Shown one piece after another: positions 1 through 9,243 of a stretch of 64,000 bases of DNA (position 1 is its first letter; each line of letters opens with the position of its first letter). The notes beneath the pieces were generated by a model. That model did no database searches, was not told where the DNA came from, and was given only the letters and a program-made list of their open reading frames with translations. Source of the DNA: a virus. The stretch is from the IMG/VR virus record IMGVR_UViG_3300032288_003288. One strand, 5' to 3'. The position numbers and the translations under genes are program-made.

Positions 1-1068
1 ACGACCATTGAGAACGCCGGCGAACGTGTTGCCAGTGTCATCGATGTTCAGGTTGTTGCTGTTAAGAGCCGGAGCGTAGTCAAGAACACCAGCCATCTGA
101 AGAGCCGAAGCAACGTCCGACGAACAGATGATGATGTTACCCTTACCGCGACGGGTGTCTTTAGCGATCTTGTTGGCTTCGCGTTCGATCTGGAACAGGA
201 GACCCTTGAACTTTTCAACTGACCAACGGCCGTTTGAGTCGGTGTCAAGATCGAAGATACCCGAAGTTGTAGTACCTTCTGTCGCACCCTGCTGAGCAGT
301 GATGATGATCGAGCGAACAACTTCACGGTTGATTTCCGCAAGGATTTCAGCCGAAAGAATGTTTGACAGCTCGCTCTCGGCGTCAAGACCGTGAATTGCC
401 TTCAGGTCCTGTGCGAGTTCAAGCGAGTATTCAGCCTTCAGGGCGCGCGTCTTAGCAGACACTGTGACCTTCTCGATGCTGAACGCCATTTCCGGGAAGA
501 TGGCTGTCGAGTTTGAACCCAGAGCTTCGGCTGTTCCGAGGATCAGACCAGCTGTGGTGTTGTATGTGGTATTACCGGCGTTGTTCGAAGCATACAGAGC
601 TGTCGAGACAGTGTTACCACCGACGGCTGTTTCAGAAGCAGCGCCTGTAGCAGCATAGCCAGAGTTCGAGCCGAGGCGCGAAGCGTGACCTGTGTTGGCT
701 TCGTTGTAGAAGGCTTCGTCGCCACCCTGTGTGCCATAACGCGAGCGCATAGCGAAGATGAGGCCGGTAGGACCGGTCATCGGCTGAACGCCGCAGATGT
801 CATAGGCGATCAGGTTCGGCATCGAGCGACGCACGAGCGAGATCAGAACGGGGTCGAAGTTGTCTACAGACGAACCAGTTGAGTTGGTGGGAACAGCTTC
901 ACCCAGAAGCTGCTGTGAAGATCCCATGGCACCAGCTTCACGCAGAGCGTTCTCGGTGTTTTCAAGGATCTGTGCAGTGACGGCGCGCTTATGAGCAGAA
1001 CCGATCTCCGGGAGATCGTCATGCTCTAGAACAGCCTTCCACTTGTTTTGAATTTCCTCAGCTAACAT
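1..1068 (-). CDS. gp23: Major capsid protein (T4 gp23 family), 3' end beyond window edge
   Basis: Absent from the ORF track because no stop lies in the window. Manual translation from ATG at 1068 gives MLAEEIQNKWKAVLEH...FDPVLISLVRRSMPNLIAYDICGVQPMTGPTGLIFAMRSRY...EMAFSIEKVTV, the gp23 signature. AGGAG SD upstream; follows gp22. Confidence 0.97.
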   Translation of the reverse strand, partial: MLAEEIQNKWKAVLEHDDLPEIGSAHKRAVTAQILENTENALREAGAMGSSQQLLGEAVPTNSTGSSVDNFDPVLISLVRRSMPNLIAYDICGVQPMTGPTGLIFAMRSRYGTQGGDEAFYNEANTGHASRLGSNSGYAATGAASETAVGGNTVSTALYASNNAGNTTYNTTAGLILGTAEALGSNSTAIFPEMAFSIEKVTVSAKTRALKAEYSLELAQDLKAIHGLDAESELSNILSAEILAEINREVVRSIIITAQQGATEGTTTSGIFDLDTDSNGRWSVEKFKGLLFQIEREANKIAKDTRRGKGNIIICSSDVASALQMAGVLDYAPALNSNNLNIDDTGNTFAGVLNGR

Positions 1069-1099
1069 CTTACTATTCTCCTTTTTAGGACTGACTTAT

Positions 1100-1107
1100 T
1101 ATTTATT
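1100..1107 (-). promoter_or_regulatory. Late promoter variant AATAAATA upstream of gp23
   Basis: One mismatch to TATAAATA, about 30 nt before the start codon. Confidence 0.6.
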
Positions 1108-2098
1108 ATTTACTTGTTTTCGAAATAGCAGCCACGTACTTTGCCATGTGTCCGGGGACTGGCGCGGACTCTTCAAGACCTTCAACTGCTTCGTTGATTA
1201 GATTAGCAGTCGATGAGGGCTTTCCGTTGCCAAAGTACTTTTCTTTGATGATCTCGAGCTTCTTCTTGTATGTCTCTTCGTTATTAAACTCGATGCCTTC
1301 AACCATAGTACGCAGCTTCTCGGTCTGAGTAGCTACGAGACCTTCAGAAACTTGATCGAAGATGGCTTCCTTGTTGGCCTCGTTTACAAGAGCTTCAAGC
1401 TCCATCTTGGCCGTCAGTTCTTCGTCAAGCTTGCTACGAAGCGCTTCGTTCTCGGCAGCGAGCTCGCCGATAACGTCGACTTGATCGTCGGGTACTGTGA
1501 TGTAAGACTCAGCAAAGAGGTTACGCAGGCCTTCGATAAAGTCTTCTGCGATTCTTGTGCGAATCGAAGACTCAATAGCAATCTGATTCTCTTCGATCCA
1601 CTGCTCAACTACATAGTCGAGGTACTGATCGAGCTTATTGGTCAGGTCTTCACGGATAGAAGTAACTTCTTCCTCAAGACGCTGCTCAAACTCTTCTTCG
1701 AGCTTGGCTGCTTCGAGAACGACGCGCGCGTTGACCGCGGCTTCGAAGATCACTTCAGCCTTCTCTTTGAATTCTTCTGTTAGGTCTTCGCCTGAAAACA
1801 TCTCTTCGACGTCTTCTTTAACACCAAGCTTTGCCATCGGCATTTGTCCCAGAGCAGGACCACCACCAGGCGCAGTAGCGTTAGGAACGTTGCCTGTCTC
1901 TACCTTCTTCAGAGCGTCGTTCAGGAAGTGCGAAAGATCTTCCTTACCCAGCTGTGAAAGAAGCGAAGTGAAGGTCGAAAGCATTTCAGCGCGAGTGCCG
2001 CCTTGGCTACCGGGCTTTAGAGTATCTGCAGCTGCAGATTCTTCCAGCTCTGTACCTTCGGCCGCAACGATATCTTCGTTTTCTAAATTCGGATCCAT
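1106..2098 (-). CDS. gp22: Prohead core scaffold protein
   Basis: Acidic coiled coil with EEFKEKAEVIFEAAV, LDQYLDYVVEQWIEEN and C-terminal MAKYVAAI; lies between gp21 and gp23. Confidence 0.93.
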   Translation of the reverse strand: MDPNLENEDIVAAEGTELEESAAADTLKPGSQGGTRAEMLSTFTSLLSQLGKEDLSHFLNDALKKVETGNVPNATAPGGGPALGQMPMAKLGVKEDVEEMFSGEDLTEEFKEKAEVIFEAAVNARVVLEAAKLEEEFEQRLEEEVTSIREDLTNKLDQYLDYVVEQWIEENQIAIESSIRTRIAEDFIEGLRNLFAESYITVPDDQVDVIGELAAENEALRSKLDEELTAKMELEALVNEANKEAIFDQVSEGLVATQTEKLRTMVEGIEFNNEETYKKKLEIIKEKYFGNGKPSSTANLINEAVEGLEESAPVPGHMAKYVAAISKTSK

Positions 2099-2123
2099 GT
2101 TTAACTCCTCTGAGATTTTATTT

Positions 2124-2131
2124 TATTTATA
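2124..2131 (-). promoter_or_regulatory. T4-type late promoter TATAAATA upstream of gp22
   Basis: Exact consensus, about 25 nt before the start. Confidence 0.85.
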
Positions 2132-2786
2132 CTTGTTTTGACTTCGAAACTTTGTTCAGAAATCTTTCAAAAATCATTAGCTTCTGTTCTTCCAAGTTTC
2201 TGGATCTTACAGCGGCTTCGACGGCTTTTTTGGCTTGTTGAGCGATCAACTGATTGCCTTCCCAAATCCATTCGACTCCTTCCATGATACCATTTACAAA
2301 GGCACCAGGTGCAGAAGGATCGGCAACGATGTCAGCAGCGGTGGCAATGTGATAGTCGTCTTTGACATACATTGTGCCGTTCTTTTCTACTAGCGAACCC
2401 ATTCCGCGCGATGATACACCGAGCGTACCGCCAGATTCCATGATACCACGAGCGATATCTCCCATCGGAGTCTCTGTGATTTTCGCCTTGCCTACCCATA
2501 CATCTCCATCGCGCTTAAGCTCTGTGATGATGTGAGACACACGATCAAGATTGATTGAAGGACCATCAGGATGGCCTAGTTCACCATAAGCGCGATTCTT
2601 GCTAACGTAGTTTTCAATATAGGGATTGATAGCCTTTTCAAGGACGTTTGCAGAATAGATGCGCCCGTTACGATTCTTCTGTTCGCCTACCATGAACGGA
2701 CCAGTAATGTACAGGTTCTTCTTCCCGTCTTCACGAGTCTCTGTAATATACTTGACGTCTTCTACGAGTTCAGTGATAAGCTTCAT
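2127..2786 (-). CDS. gp21: Prohead core protease
   Basis: NRNGRIY, GELGHP, GVSSRGMGS and DIVADPSAPGAFV motifs. Confidence 0.96.
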   Translation of the reverse strand: MKLITELVEDVKYITETREDGKKNLYITGPFMVGEQKNRNGRIYSANVLEKAINPYIENYVSKNRAYGELGHPDGPSINLDRVSHIITELKRDGDVWVGKAKITETPMGDIARGIMESGGTLGVSSRGMGSLVEKNGTMYVKDDYHIATAADIVADPSAPGAFVNGIMEGVEWIWEGNQLIAQQAKKAVEAAVRSRNLEEQKLMIFERFLNKVSKSKQV

Positions 2787-2797
2787 TTGACTATCCC

Positions 2798-3208
2798 TTA
2801 AGTGTTTCTTTGATTGATATAGTCTGAGGTAAACGTTCCAACCTTCTGGAGTTCGAGATAGACATAAGCATTTGCTGTGCCCACAAACTCTACAGAGAGA
2901 TTGGCTGCTTGACCTACAGTCAAAGCCATACCACTACCAGCGTAGTCGACGAAGCCAGTGGAATCGTATACAGCCACGACACCAGATCCACGCTTAATAA
3001 CAGCATATCCATTTGGATCGATGCCAAAGAAAGCTTGAGTGATGTACACTCCGCCTAGACTCTCGTCGCCGATGGCGATACATGTGCTAGTGCCACCTAC
3101 GTTGGTTGTAGTGCTATTACCTGAGCAGACGATATTACCGCTGTTAGCAGAAGCTACGTGCAGATAGAGATTGGTGTTCTTCTTGTTAGAAGTAATAGTA
3201 ACAGCCAT
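2798..3208 (-). CDS. Hypothetical beta-rich virion protein
   Basis: 136-aa ORF in the head operon, abutting the upstream gene; no family recognised. Confidence 0.6.
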   Translation of the reverse strand: MAVTITSNKKNTNLYLHVASANSGNIVCSGNSTTTNVGGTSTCIAIGDESLGGVYITQAFFGIDPNGYAVIKRGSGVVAVYDSTGFVDYAGSGMALTVGQAANLSVEFVGTANAYVYLELQKVGTFTSDYINQRNT

Positions 3209-4287
3209 TATTCACCCCTCAGCTCTCTCGAAGCTTTGATAGAAAAGTCTAGAGCTTTATCCAGACCTTCTTCGCTCTCGCACATTGCAATAAACTTCTG
3301 TTGATTGTCGGCATTCAGCTCTTCAAAAACTGACATCAGAAGATTGGCATTCGCTTCTGTAGTGATGTCGTAGAAATATTCTTCGACTTCTTCCTTAGTC
3401 AGCCGATCTACTGCGCGACCGATGCCCGTCTGACGCTTATTCATCGAATCGATATTTGCTTTAGATTTCTCATTATTAGCGATCTTCAGGCCGGCTGTAA
3501 TGCCCTGTGTTCCAACACGCGTTACAGCTTTATTGACATATGAACGTAAGGTTGCTTTGCCTTGAGGAGTATTTCCGATTTCGTCCAATTGTTCTTCTTC
3601 TAGACGATTGACGCCTAGCTTCACGCGGACTGCCTTGGCCAATTTCGATGCATCTACACCGAAGTCATTAGCAGCTGAGCGAACGTGGCTCTTACGAACA
3701 TTGTCGCCGTAGCGCTTAATGAGATGCGCAGCTACCTTCGCTGATTCATCTAGATCTTCGACTTCTTCAGTCTTCAGACTTTCACCGCGCTTGCGTAGGA
3801 TTTTGCCAGACATTTGAGCGCCAGCGGATCTCTTACGAAGTGTCTTGGTATTGACCTGATCTTTCGACCAGTCTCCGCCGCCTACCTTCATATTATCGAT
3901 GATCTTGTTTCCTTGAGCGCGTGCCTTCTTGCGATAGCTTTGAAGAGTTGCGGTTTCGAGCTCTTCTAGCTCTTCAGCCTCTTCAGCGACTTTCTTCTTT
4001 TTACGAAGAAGATGGAAGTCATGAGCATCGACCTTGCCATTCTTGTTGGCATCGATCTTGTGCTGGTTGCCCTTCAGCTCTTCGTATACTTTATCATCCT
4101 CGCCGGGATTATAGCCCTTGCGATCTTTCTTACGATCTACTGTTTTGATATTGGTGGCTTGGAAGACGTCGTCTCCGTTGCCGTTACGATCCTTATTCTT
4201 GACAGTAACGTGCTTGTCGACGAAGCGCTGCTCGTCAGCTGACTTAGGTCTGTAAACCTCTAAGAATTGCTCAAGCGTCTTGGCCAT
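3208..4287 (-). CDS. Putative prohead core / internal head protein (gp68 position)
   Basis: Lies between the gp67-like gene and gp21. Repeated acidic L-x-E linkers separate basic modules; EF-hand-like DANKNGKVD. Confidence 0.6.
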   Translation of the reverse strand: MAKTLEQFLEVYRPKSADEQRFVDKHVTVKNKDRNGNGDDVFQATNIKTVDRKKDRKGYNPGEDDKVYEELKGNQHKIDANKNGKVDAHDFHLLRKKKKVAEEAEELEELETATLQSYRKKARAQGNKIIDNMKVGGGDWSKDQVNTKTLRKRSAGAQMSGKILRKRGESLKTEEVEDLDESAKVAAHLIKRYGDNVRKSHVRSAANDFGVDASKLAKAVRVKLGVNRLEEEQLDEIGNTPQGKATLRSYVNKAVTRVGTQGITAGLKIANNEKSKANIDSMNKRQTGIGRAVDRLTKEEVEEYFYDITTEANANLLMSVFEELNADNQQKFIAMCESEEGLDKALDFSIKASRELRGE

Positions 4288-4621
4288 CGTCTTCTAGTCC
4301 TTCTAAATCTACGTCTAGGTCTATGTCTTCGAGATCATCTAGTTCGATGTCGTCCCAATCTTCGTCTTCGATATCGAGATCATCGTCGTCTAGATCATCG
4401 TCATCAAGCTCTTCGTCTTCGTCGTCGAAGTCGATGTCATCTTCATCTTCCTGCTCTTCTTCCTCTGGATCACCATAGAGAGACTGAGCCAACTGGCTCT
4501 TCATCGACTCTAGAGCTTCTACACTCTTTTGACCGAGGATGTGATTCACAGCGTCCTGAACTTTCGTCGGGCTCTGCTGCGCAGTAAGGTCAATGATATC
4601 ATCTAAATTATATTCGGACAT
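4271..4621 (-). CDS. gp67: Acidic prohead core protein (gp67-like)
   Basis: Immediately after the portal gene with a long Asp/Glu tail. Start moved to ATG 4621 because a GGAG SD lies at 4628-4631. Confidence 0.65.
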   Translation of the reverse strand: MSEYNLDDIIDLTAQQSPTKVQDAVNHILGQKSVEALESMKSQLAQSLYGDPEEEEQEDEDDIDFDDEDEELDDDDLDDDDLDIEDEDWDDIELDDLEDIDLDVDLEGLEDDGQDA

Positions 4622-4643
4622 CTTTTTCTCCAAATCTACAATC

Positions 4644-4651
4644 TATTTATA
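4644..4651 (-). promoter_or_regulatory. Late promoter TATAAATA upstream of the gp67-like gene
   Basis: Exact consensus, intergenic. Confidence 0.85.
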
Positions 4652-4652
4652 A

Positions 4653-6215
4653 CTATTTATTCTCAGAAGGAGCCGGGCCGTCTGTAGGACCATCTGGACC
4701 ATCTACAGGAGCTACAGGTTCAGGAGGATTATACTGGGGATTATCCAGCTCCTCGCCGATCTGCTCGTCGATCTCTTCAATCTCTTCGTCTGTCTGATAC
4801 AACACGTGCTTTCTTACCCATTCATGTGAGTAGTACTTGCCGACGTAGTCGTCTACGTCTCTGAGCATGGCGATACGATCGCGCAGGATCTCGGTGTTGC
4901 GTAGCTCTGCAAAGTGATTGTCTTCGCTGTACTCGTACTTGAAGTATTCTTTAAAATCATCCCATTCTTCGAGTGTGCAGATACCCTTGAGGATACACTG
5001 CTTCTCTAGGATCTTTGTGAATACATCGGAGAAGCGAGCGCGCAAGCGCTGAATAAACTTGGCAAACTTGACTTCGTCGCGAGTGATCTCTGTCGCACGA
5101 CCAAAGTTGAATGCAACTTCAGGATCGAGGCGAGTGATAGGAACGTTCAGCGACTTGTATAGCTTGCGTTGGAAGTATACGATGTCGTCGATCTGACTGA
5201 GGTTCTGACCACCAGGCAGTGTGGTGATCTCTGTACCACGACCGCCTTCACGGCGAGGTAGCCAGAAATCTTCGAGCATGGTCATGAACTTGCGATCGTC
5301 TCTGATCTCACCTGTGGTGGCATCGTATACCACTTTATTCTTAAAACGAGTCATGATGTCACGTAGATATTGTTCAGCCTTCATCTTCGGCAAGTTACCC
5401 ACGTCGATGTAGAAGATACGACGTTCAGGTGCACGTGATAGGCGATAGATGACCAACGAGTCTTCGAGAGACTTCAGCTGGTTGAGAGGCTTGATAGCTT
5501 TGTGTAGATAAGATACGACCAAGTCACCCTTTGGATTTTGTAACCCTGAGGTTGTGTGAATGATCGAGTCTGCTGAAATCTTGATGCCTGCAACAGAACC
5601 GTCGCTGACGATGCCGGACGTTCCAGTCGACTTGGCAAAACCTTTGTCGTTGTAGACATAGTACTCAGAAGTGATCTGCTGAAGCGGAACTCCGTTTTTT
5701 GACTTCTTCTTACTAATTTGTTTGATCTTACGGATCTTACGAGGATCTACGTAACGTAGCTCTCTGATTCCTAGACCTGGATTCTTCTCGTCGATGATCA
5801 CGTGATAGTATAGACGAGCGTCCACATACCAGCGTCTAAAGATATCGTATGACAACCGATGAAACTCGAGAAGTTCTTTGACGTTCTTGAATTCTTCGCG
5901 AATCATCTCTTTGATGTTGTCTGGCTGTTCTAGGTCATCAAGATTTAGCTCGACGATTTCCTTCTGAGGATCGTTGACGATGGCTTCATTGATGATGTCT
6001 TCTAGAGCTAGCTCGACATCGGGGTGGCTAGCCATCTCCCGATATTTACTGACGAGCTCTGCGTCTGTACGGATTGAACCGTCAAGATCGACGTAAGTTC
6101 CATAGACGCCGCCGGCCGAGACCATGGTTGCACCCTCCTCGTTCGGAGGAGGGGCAAACGAAACTACCGGCTCAACCGGCTGACGTCGTTGTATCTGGAA
6201 ACCGAAGAGTTCCAT
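4653..6215 (-). CDS. gp20: Portal vertex protein
   Basis: YRLSRAPERRIFYIDVGNLPKMKAEQYLRDIM and EDFWLPRREGGRGTEITTLPGGQNL motifs. Confidence 0.98.
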   Translation of the reverse strand: MELFGFQIQRRQPVEPVVSFAPPPNEEGATMVSAGGVYGTYVDLDGSIRTDAELVSKYREMASHPDVELALEDIINEAIVNDPQKEIVELNLDDLEQPDNIKEMIREEFKNVKELLEFHRLSYDIFRRWYVDARLYYHVIIDEKNPGLGIRELRYVDPRKIRKIKQISKKKSKNGVPLQQITSEYYVYNDKGFAKSTGTSGIVSDGSVAGIKISADSIIHTTSGLQNPKGDLVVSYLHKAIKPLNQLKSLEDSLVIYRLSRAPERRIFYIDVGNLPKMKAEQYLRDIMTRFKNKVVYDATTGEIRDDRKFMTMLEDFWLPRREGGRGTEITTLPGGQNLSQIDDIVYFQRKLYKSLNVPITRLDPEVAFNFGRATEITRDEVKFAKFIQRLRARFSDVFTKILEKQCILKGICTLEEWDDFKEYFKYEYSEDNHFAELRNTEILRDRIAMLRDVDDYVGKYYSHEWVRKHVLYQTDEEIEEIDEQIGEELDNPQYNPPEPVAPVDGPDGPTDGPAPSENK

Positions 6216-6248
6216 GTCAATCCTTTCATATTAAAGTAATAACGACTA

Positions 6249-6797
6249 TTATACGCCTGGGCGGCCAGTGACACCACCGACAACTTCCCAGTTATCATAA
6301 GCAAAAGATACTGTAAACGTTTCAATGGTGTCTGTTCCACCCCAATCGAGTTCAATCGGGCTGATTTCCAGCGGAAATAGGCCGTTAAACTTGTATTGGC
6401 GTAGAGAAGAACCGGTGCGACTGTACTGAGTTACCAGAGCAGTCGACTTATACAACGAAGGCTGAGATCCGCCAAACGTGCGAAGGTTGGTCAGAAGTCC
6501 GTTGATGCGGTTTGACCATTCTTCCATTGCGTTGCGGATCAGGAAGTCTTCATCGTTGATGACTGTGACTGTCCACGTGTCAAACGTTCTGTCACCAGCC
6601 AACTTGATCTTCCTACCGAAGTACGAGACTTCGATAGGAGCCAGAGTCGATGCTGGGATCTGAGCCGTCTGAATCATGAACTCAGACTTATTATCAGCCG
6701 CGCTATTTGCTGGATTGAAGATCTTCACTGAGAACAGTGTAGGTCTTGCACCACCAAATACTAGATTCGACTTCATGTCATTGATACTGAAAGCCAT
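6249..6797 (-). CDS. gp19: Tail tube protein
   Basis: GGARPTLF and GRKIKLAGDRTFDTWTVTVINDEDF motifs; follows gp18. Confidence 0.96.
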   Translation of the reverse strand: MAFSINDMKSNLVFGGARPTLFSVKIFNPANSAADNKSEFMIQTAQIPASTLAPIEVSYFGRKIKLAGDRTFDTWTVTVINDEDFLIRNAMEEWSNRINGLLTNLRTFGGSQPSLYKSTALVTQYSRTGSSLRQYKFNGLFPLEISPIELDWGGTDTIETFTVSFAYDNWEVVGGVTGRPGV

Positions 6798-6816
6798 TTG
6801 AGTTTCTCCTTATCTC

Positions 6817-6824
6817 TATTTATT
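6817..6824 (-). promoter_or_regulatory. Late promoter variant AATAAATA upstream of gp19
   Basis: One mismatch, directly before the AAGGAG SD. Confidence 0.6.
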
Positions 6825-9150
6825 AGAATTGGCCAGCGATTTCGGAGAACTCAACGCCTGAGCGAACAGCGACGAAGTTGAGCTGAATGTAGTTGATCGC
6901 TTTCGCCGGTTTGATATAGATGTCACCGACGAATCTCTGCGAGTCTACTACTTCCGGCGTGTTGTTTGTTTCGTCACACACAACGCGGAAATCATAGATA
7001 CCGCGGCGGCCTTGAACGTCTCTGAGGAATGGCTCTACGAGGTTGACGAACGAAGCTCTCGTGAACTCGTCGTTGAACTCGAACAGTGAAGACTTGGCAG
7101 CGTTCGCGATTGCCTTTTCAAGAACAATGAATAGGCGACGAACGTTGATGCGATCGAACGCAGAAGGCTTAGACAGAAGCGTCTTATCACCGAAGAGTAC
7201 CGTACCCTGACCAGGGAAAGTAACTACCGGATTGATACGATTCTTATAGAGCTCATCGCGATCGGCCTTCGAAGGATTGTAGGCCAGCTTGATGATGTTC
7301 TTGATCTGACCACGATTGAATCCTGCAGGTGAGAACCAAGGATCATTTTCGTTGTCTGTGCGAACACATAGACCGGCAACGTCACCGTTTAGAGGGATCC
7401 AGCGATACACGTCGCTATACTTATCGTACTGATACTTGTATCCGCTGTCGAGAACACCAAATGATGTATTTCTAAGCTGGAATGCAAAGTCTTTGACGTT
7501 CTGTAGTGCTGATTGTGCCGCGATACCTACTACGTCGTTTTGCTGCGGAGAACCGAAGACGACGCAATCTTTTCTATTGCCAGCGATATTGTCTAGCAGA
7601 TAGTTGAACACCTGTTCACCTTGCGTACCGCCGCGTGACTTGCCTGTCAGAACAAGCGAGATGTCTACAGTGTCTTTATCAGCAAAGAGATCATACGCAG
7701 TCAACACATTCTGAAGCGCGATGTTGCTTTCGCTTTCGGCGTCTGTACCACCTGCCATCGAGTAGGCAGCCACTGTGTTGTTGGACACTGCACTAATGTT
7801 GGCTGCAGTGTTCGACTGTGCACTAGGAAGATCTGAAGCAGCCCAAATATACTGTGAGAAGTCGTTGATGACTGTCTTGTAGTAGTTGGCTGTGTAAGAT
7901 CCGGCTTTCTTCGCGTCAGTGGCACGTGAAAGACCTTGGAATACTTCAAGGACTGTGCCAGGATTGCCGCTGATTTCGCCGTCTTCGTCGATGACTACGA
8001 CGTGCATTTCGTCCTTGGCAGAGGTATTAGAGTTGTAAGTTGCAACCCAATCTGACTGGCCAGGAGCGGCATCGACCTGATTGAAAGCTTCCCAATATCT
8101 TGACAGAGAGTTTGTGCTATAGTCTGTTCCCAGCTTATAGTTGTCTGTAAAGGTCAAGTTGAAAGTTGCAGTGTTAGCGCGATTCGCACCCGTTGCAGTG
8201 ATCGTTGTCGTTCCGTTGGCAACCACGTATGCAGATGCAGTCGAGACAGTAAAGGCCGTCGAGTTGATCTGTGTAGCTATCGTCGCCGAAATGGCAGTAT
8301 TGACCGCATCGACGTTGGCTGAGTTCGACAGAGTGTCGCCGACCTTAAGATTTAGGCCGGTAAAGGTGTTACCACTAATAACCAGCGTGTTAGCGCCGAT
8401 ATCGGTGTTACCTACGACTGTGAAGTTGGCAACAGAGTTGGTCGGCGTAATAGCAGGAGCTGACTTAGTCTTAATCTTCAGATATTGCGTACCGATCGTA
8501 GAGTTGCCTACGAGGACGAAGTCTCCTACTGAAAGAGCATCGTAAACGCTATAAGCTGCAGTATTATCTGTAGCGTCTGCTGTTTGTGTATTGCCGAATG
8601 AAAGCGTGCCGGTAGTTCCACCGATCAGAACGCTGAAAGTACCAGGAATGGTGCTGTTGGCGAGAGCTACTGTGCTGTTATACTGGTTGGCGTTGGTGCA
8701 AGTCGTGATACGCAGCGAGTTGCCCAATGCGCCAGGATACTTGGCAACAAAGTGGACGTCTGTGTCGAAGGTCACGCCGTCATAAAGATCAGCGTTGTCA
8801 ACATCTTGCGAACCAGCAGTGTATGTGCCGCTGTTGGCGACGGCAGCAAACTGCGTAGCAGAATCTGCGCGCGAGACATACAGCTTGTTACCATATGAAA
8901 GGAAGTTAGCAGCAGTGAACCATGTTTCAGGGTTCAAGTCACCCTTAGGCTTGCCGTAACGAGCAACCAGAGCATTCTCTGAGTCGATCAGAATGTACTT
9001 GCCTACAGGACCCCAACGAAACACACCCGCGATAGCACCCTCTGTAGTCGAGGTTGCTGGAACGACTGTGGTTAGATCGATTTCAGAAATGTTGATGCCA
9101 GGACTTACTTGAAATCCGCCACCGCCAGTGCCTAAATTAGTAACGGCCAT
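6823..9150 (-). CDS. gp18: Tail sheath protein with enlarged Asn/Thr-rich outer domains
   Basis: SPGINISEIDLT, AKYPGALGN, PWFSPAGFNRG and FDRINVRRLF motifs. Confidence 0.97.
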   Translation of the reverse strand: MAVTNLGTGGGGFQVSPGINISEIDLTTVVPATSTTEGAIAGVFRWGPVGKYILIDSENALVARYGKPKGDLNPETWFTAANFLSYGNKLYVSRADSATQFAAVANSGTYTAGSQDVDNADLYDGVTFDTDVHFVAKYPGALGNSLRITTCTNANQYNSTVALANSTIPGTFSVLIGGTTGTLSFGNTQTADATDNTAAYSVYDALSVGDFVLVGNSTIGTQYLKIKTKSAPAITPTNSVANFTVVGNTDIGANTLVISGNTFTGLNLKVGDTLSNSANVDAVNTAISATIATQINSTAFTVSTASAYVVANGTTTITATGANRANTATFNLTFTDNYKLGTDYSTNSLSRYWEAFNQVDAAPGQSDWVATYNSNTSAKDEMHVVVIDEDGEISGNPGTVLEVFQGLSRATDAKKAGSYTANYYKTVINDFSQYIWAASDLPSAQSNTAANISAVSNNTVAAYSMAGGTDAESESNIALQNVLTAYDLFADKDTVDISLVLTGKSRGGTQGEQVFNYLLDNIAGNRKDCVVFGSPQQNDVVGIAAQSALQNVKDFAFQLRNTSFGVLDSGYKYQYDKYSDVYRWIPLNGDVAGLCVRTDNENDPWFSPAGFNRGQIKNIIKLAYNPSKADRDELYKNRINPVVTFPGQGTVLFGDKTLLSKPSAFDRINVRRLFIVLEKAIANAAKSSLFEFNDEFTRASFVNLVEPFLRDVQGRRGIYDFRVVCDETNNTPEVVDSQRFVGDIYIKPAKAINYIQLNFVAVRSGVEFSEIAGQF

Positions 9151-9188
9151 TTTAATCTCCTCTTTAAAGGCTTTTATCTACTCGTTTT

Positions 9189-9243
9189 TATTTATAAAAT
9201 GACAAAAGTGCTGTTGTCGTTTATATCCATCGTCTTATTTATA
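9189..9243 (-). promoter_or_regulatory. Tandem late promoters TATAAATA (9189-9196 and 9236-9243) upstream of gp18
   Basis: Two exact consensus copies. Confidence 0.8.

Noticed and set aside
48-882. Short ORFs listed in the track over the first 900 nt
   Set aside because: They are alternative-frame or antisense shadows of gp23, which the track missed because its stop is outside the window.
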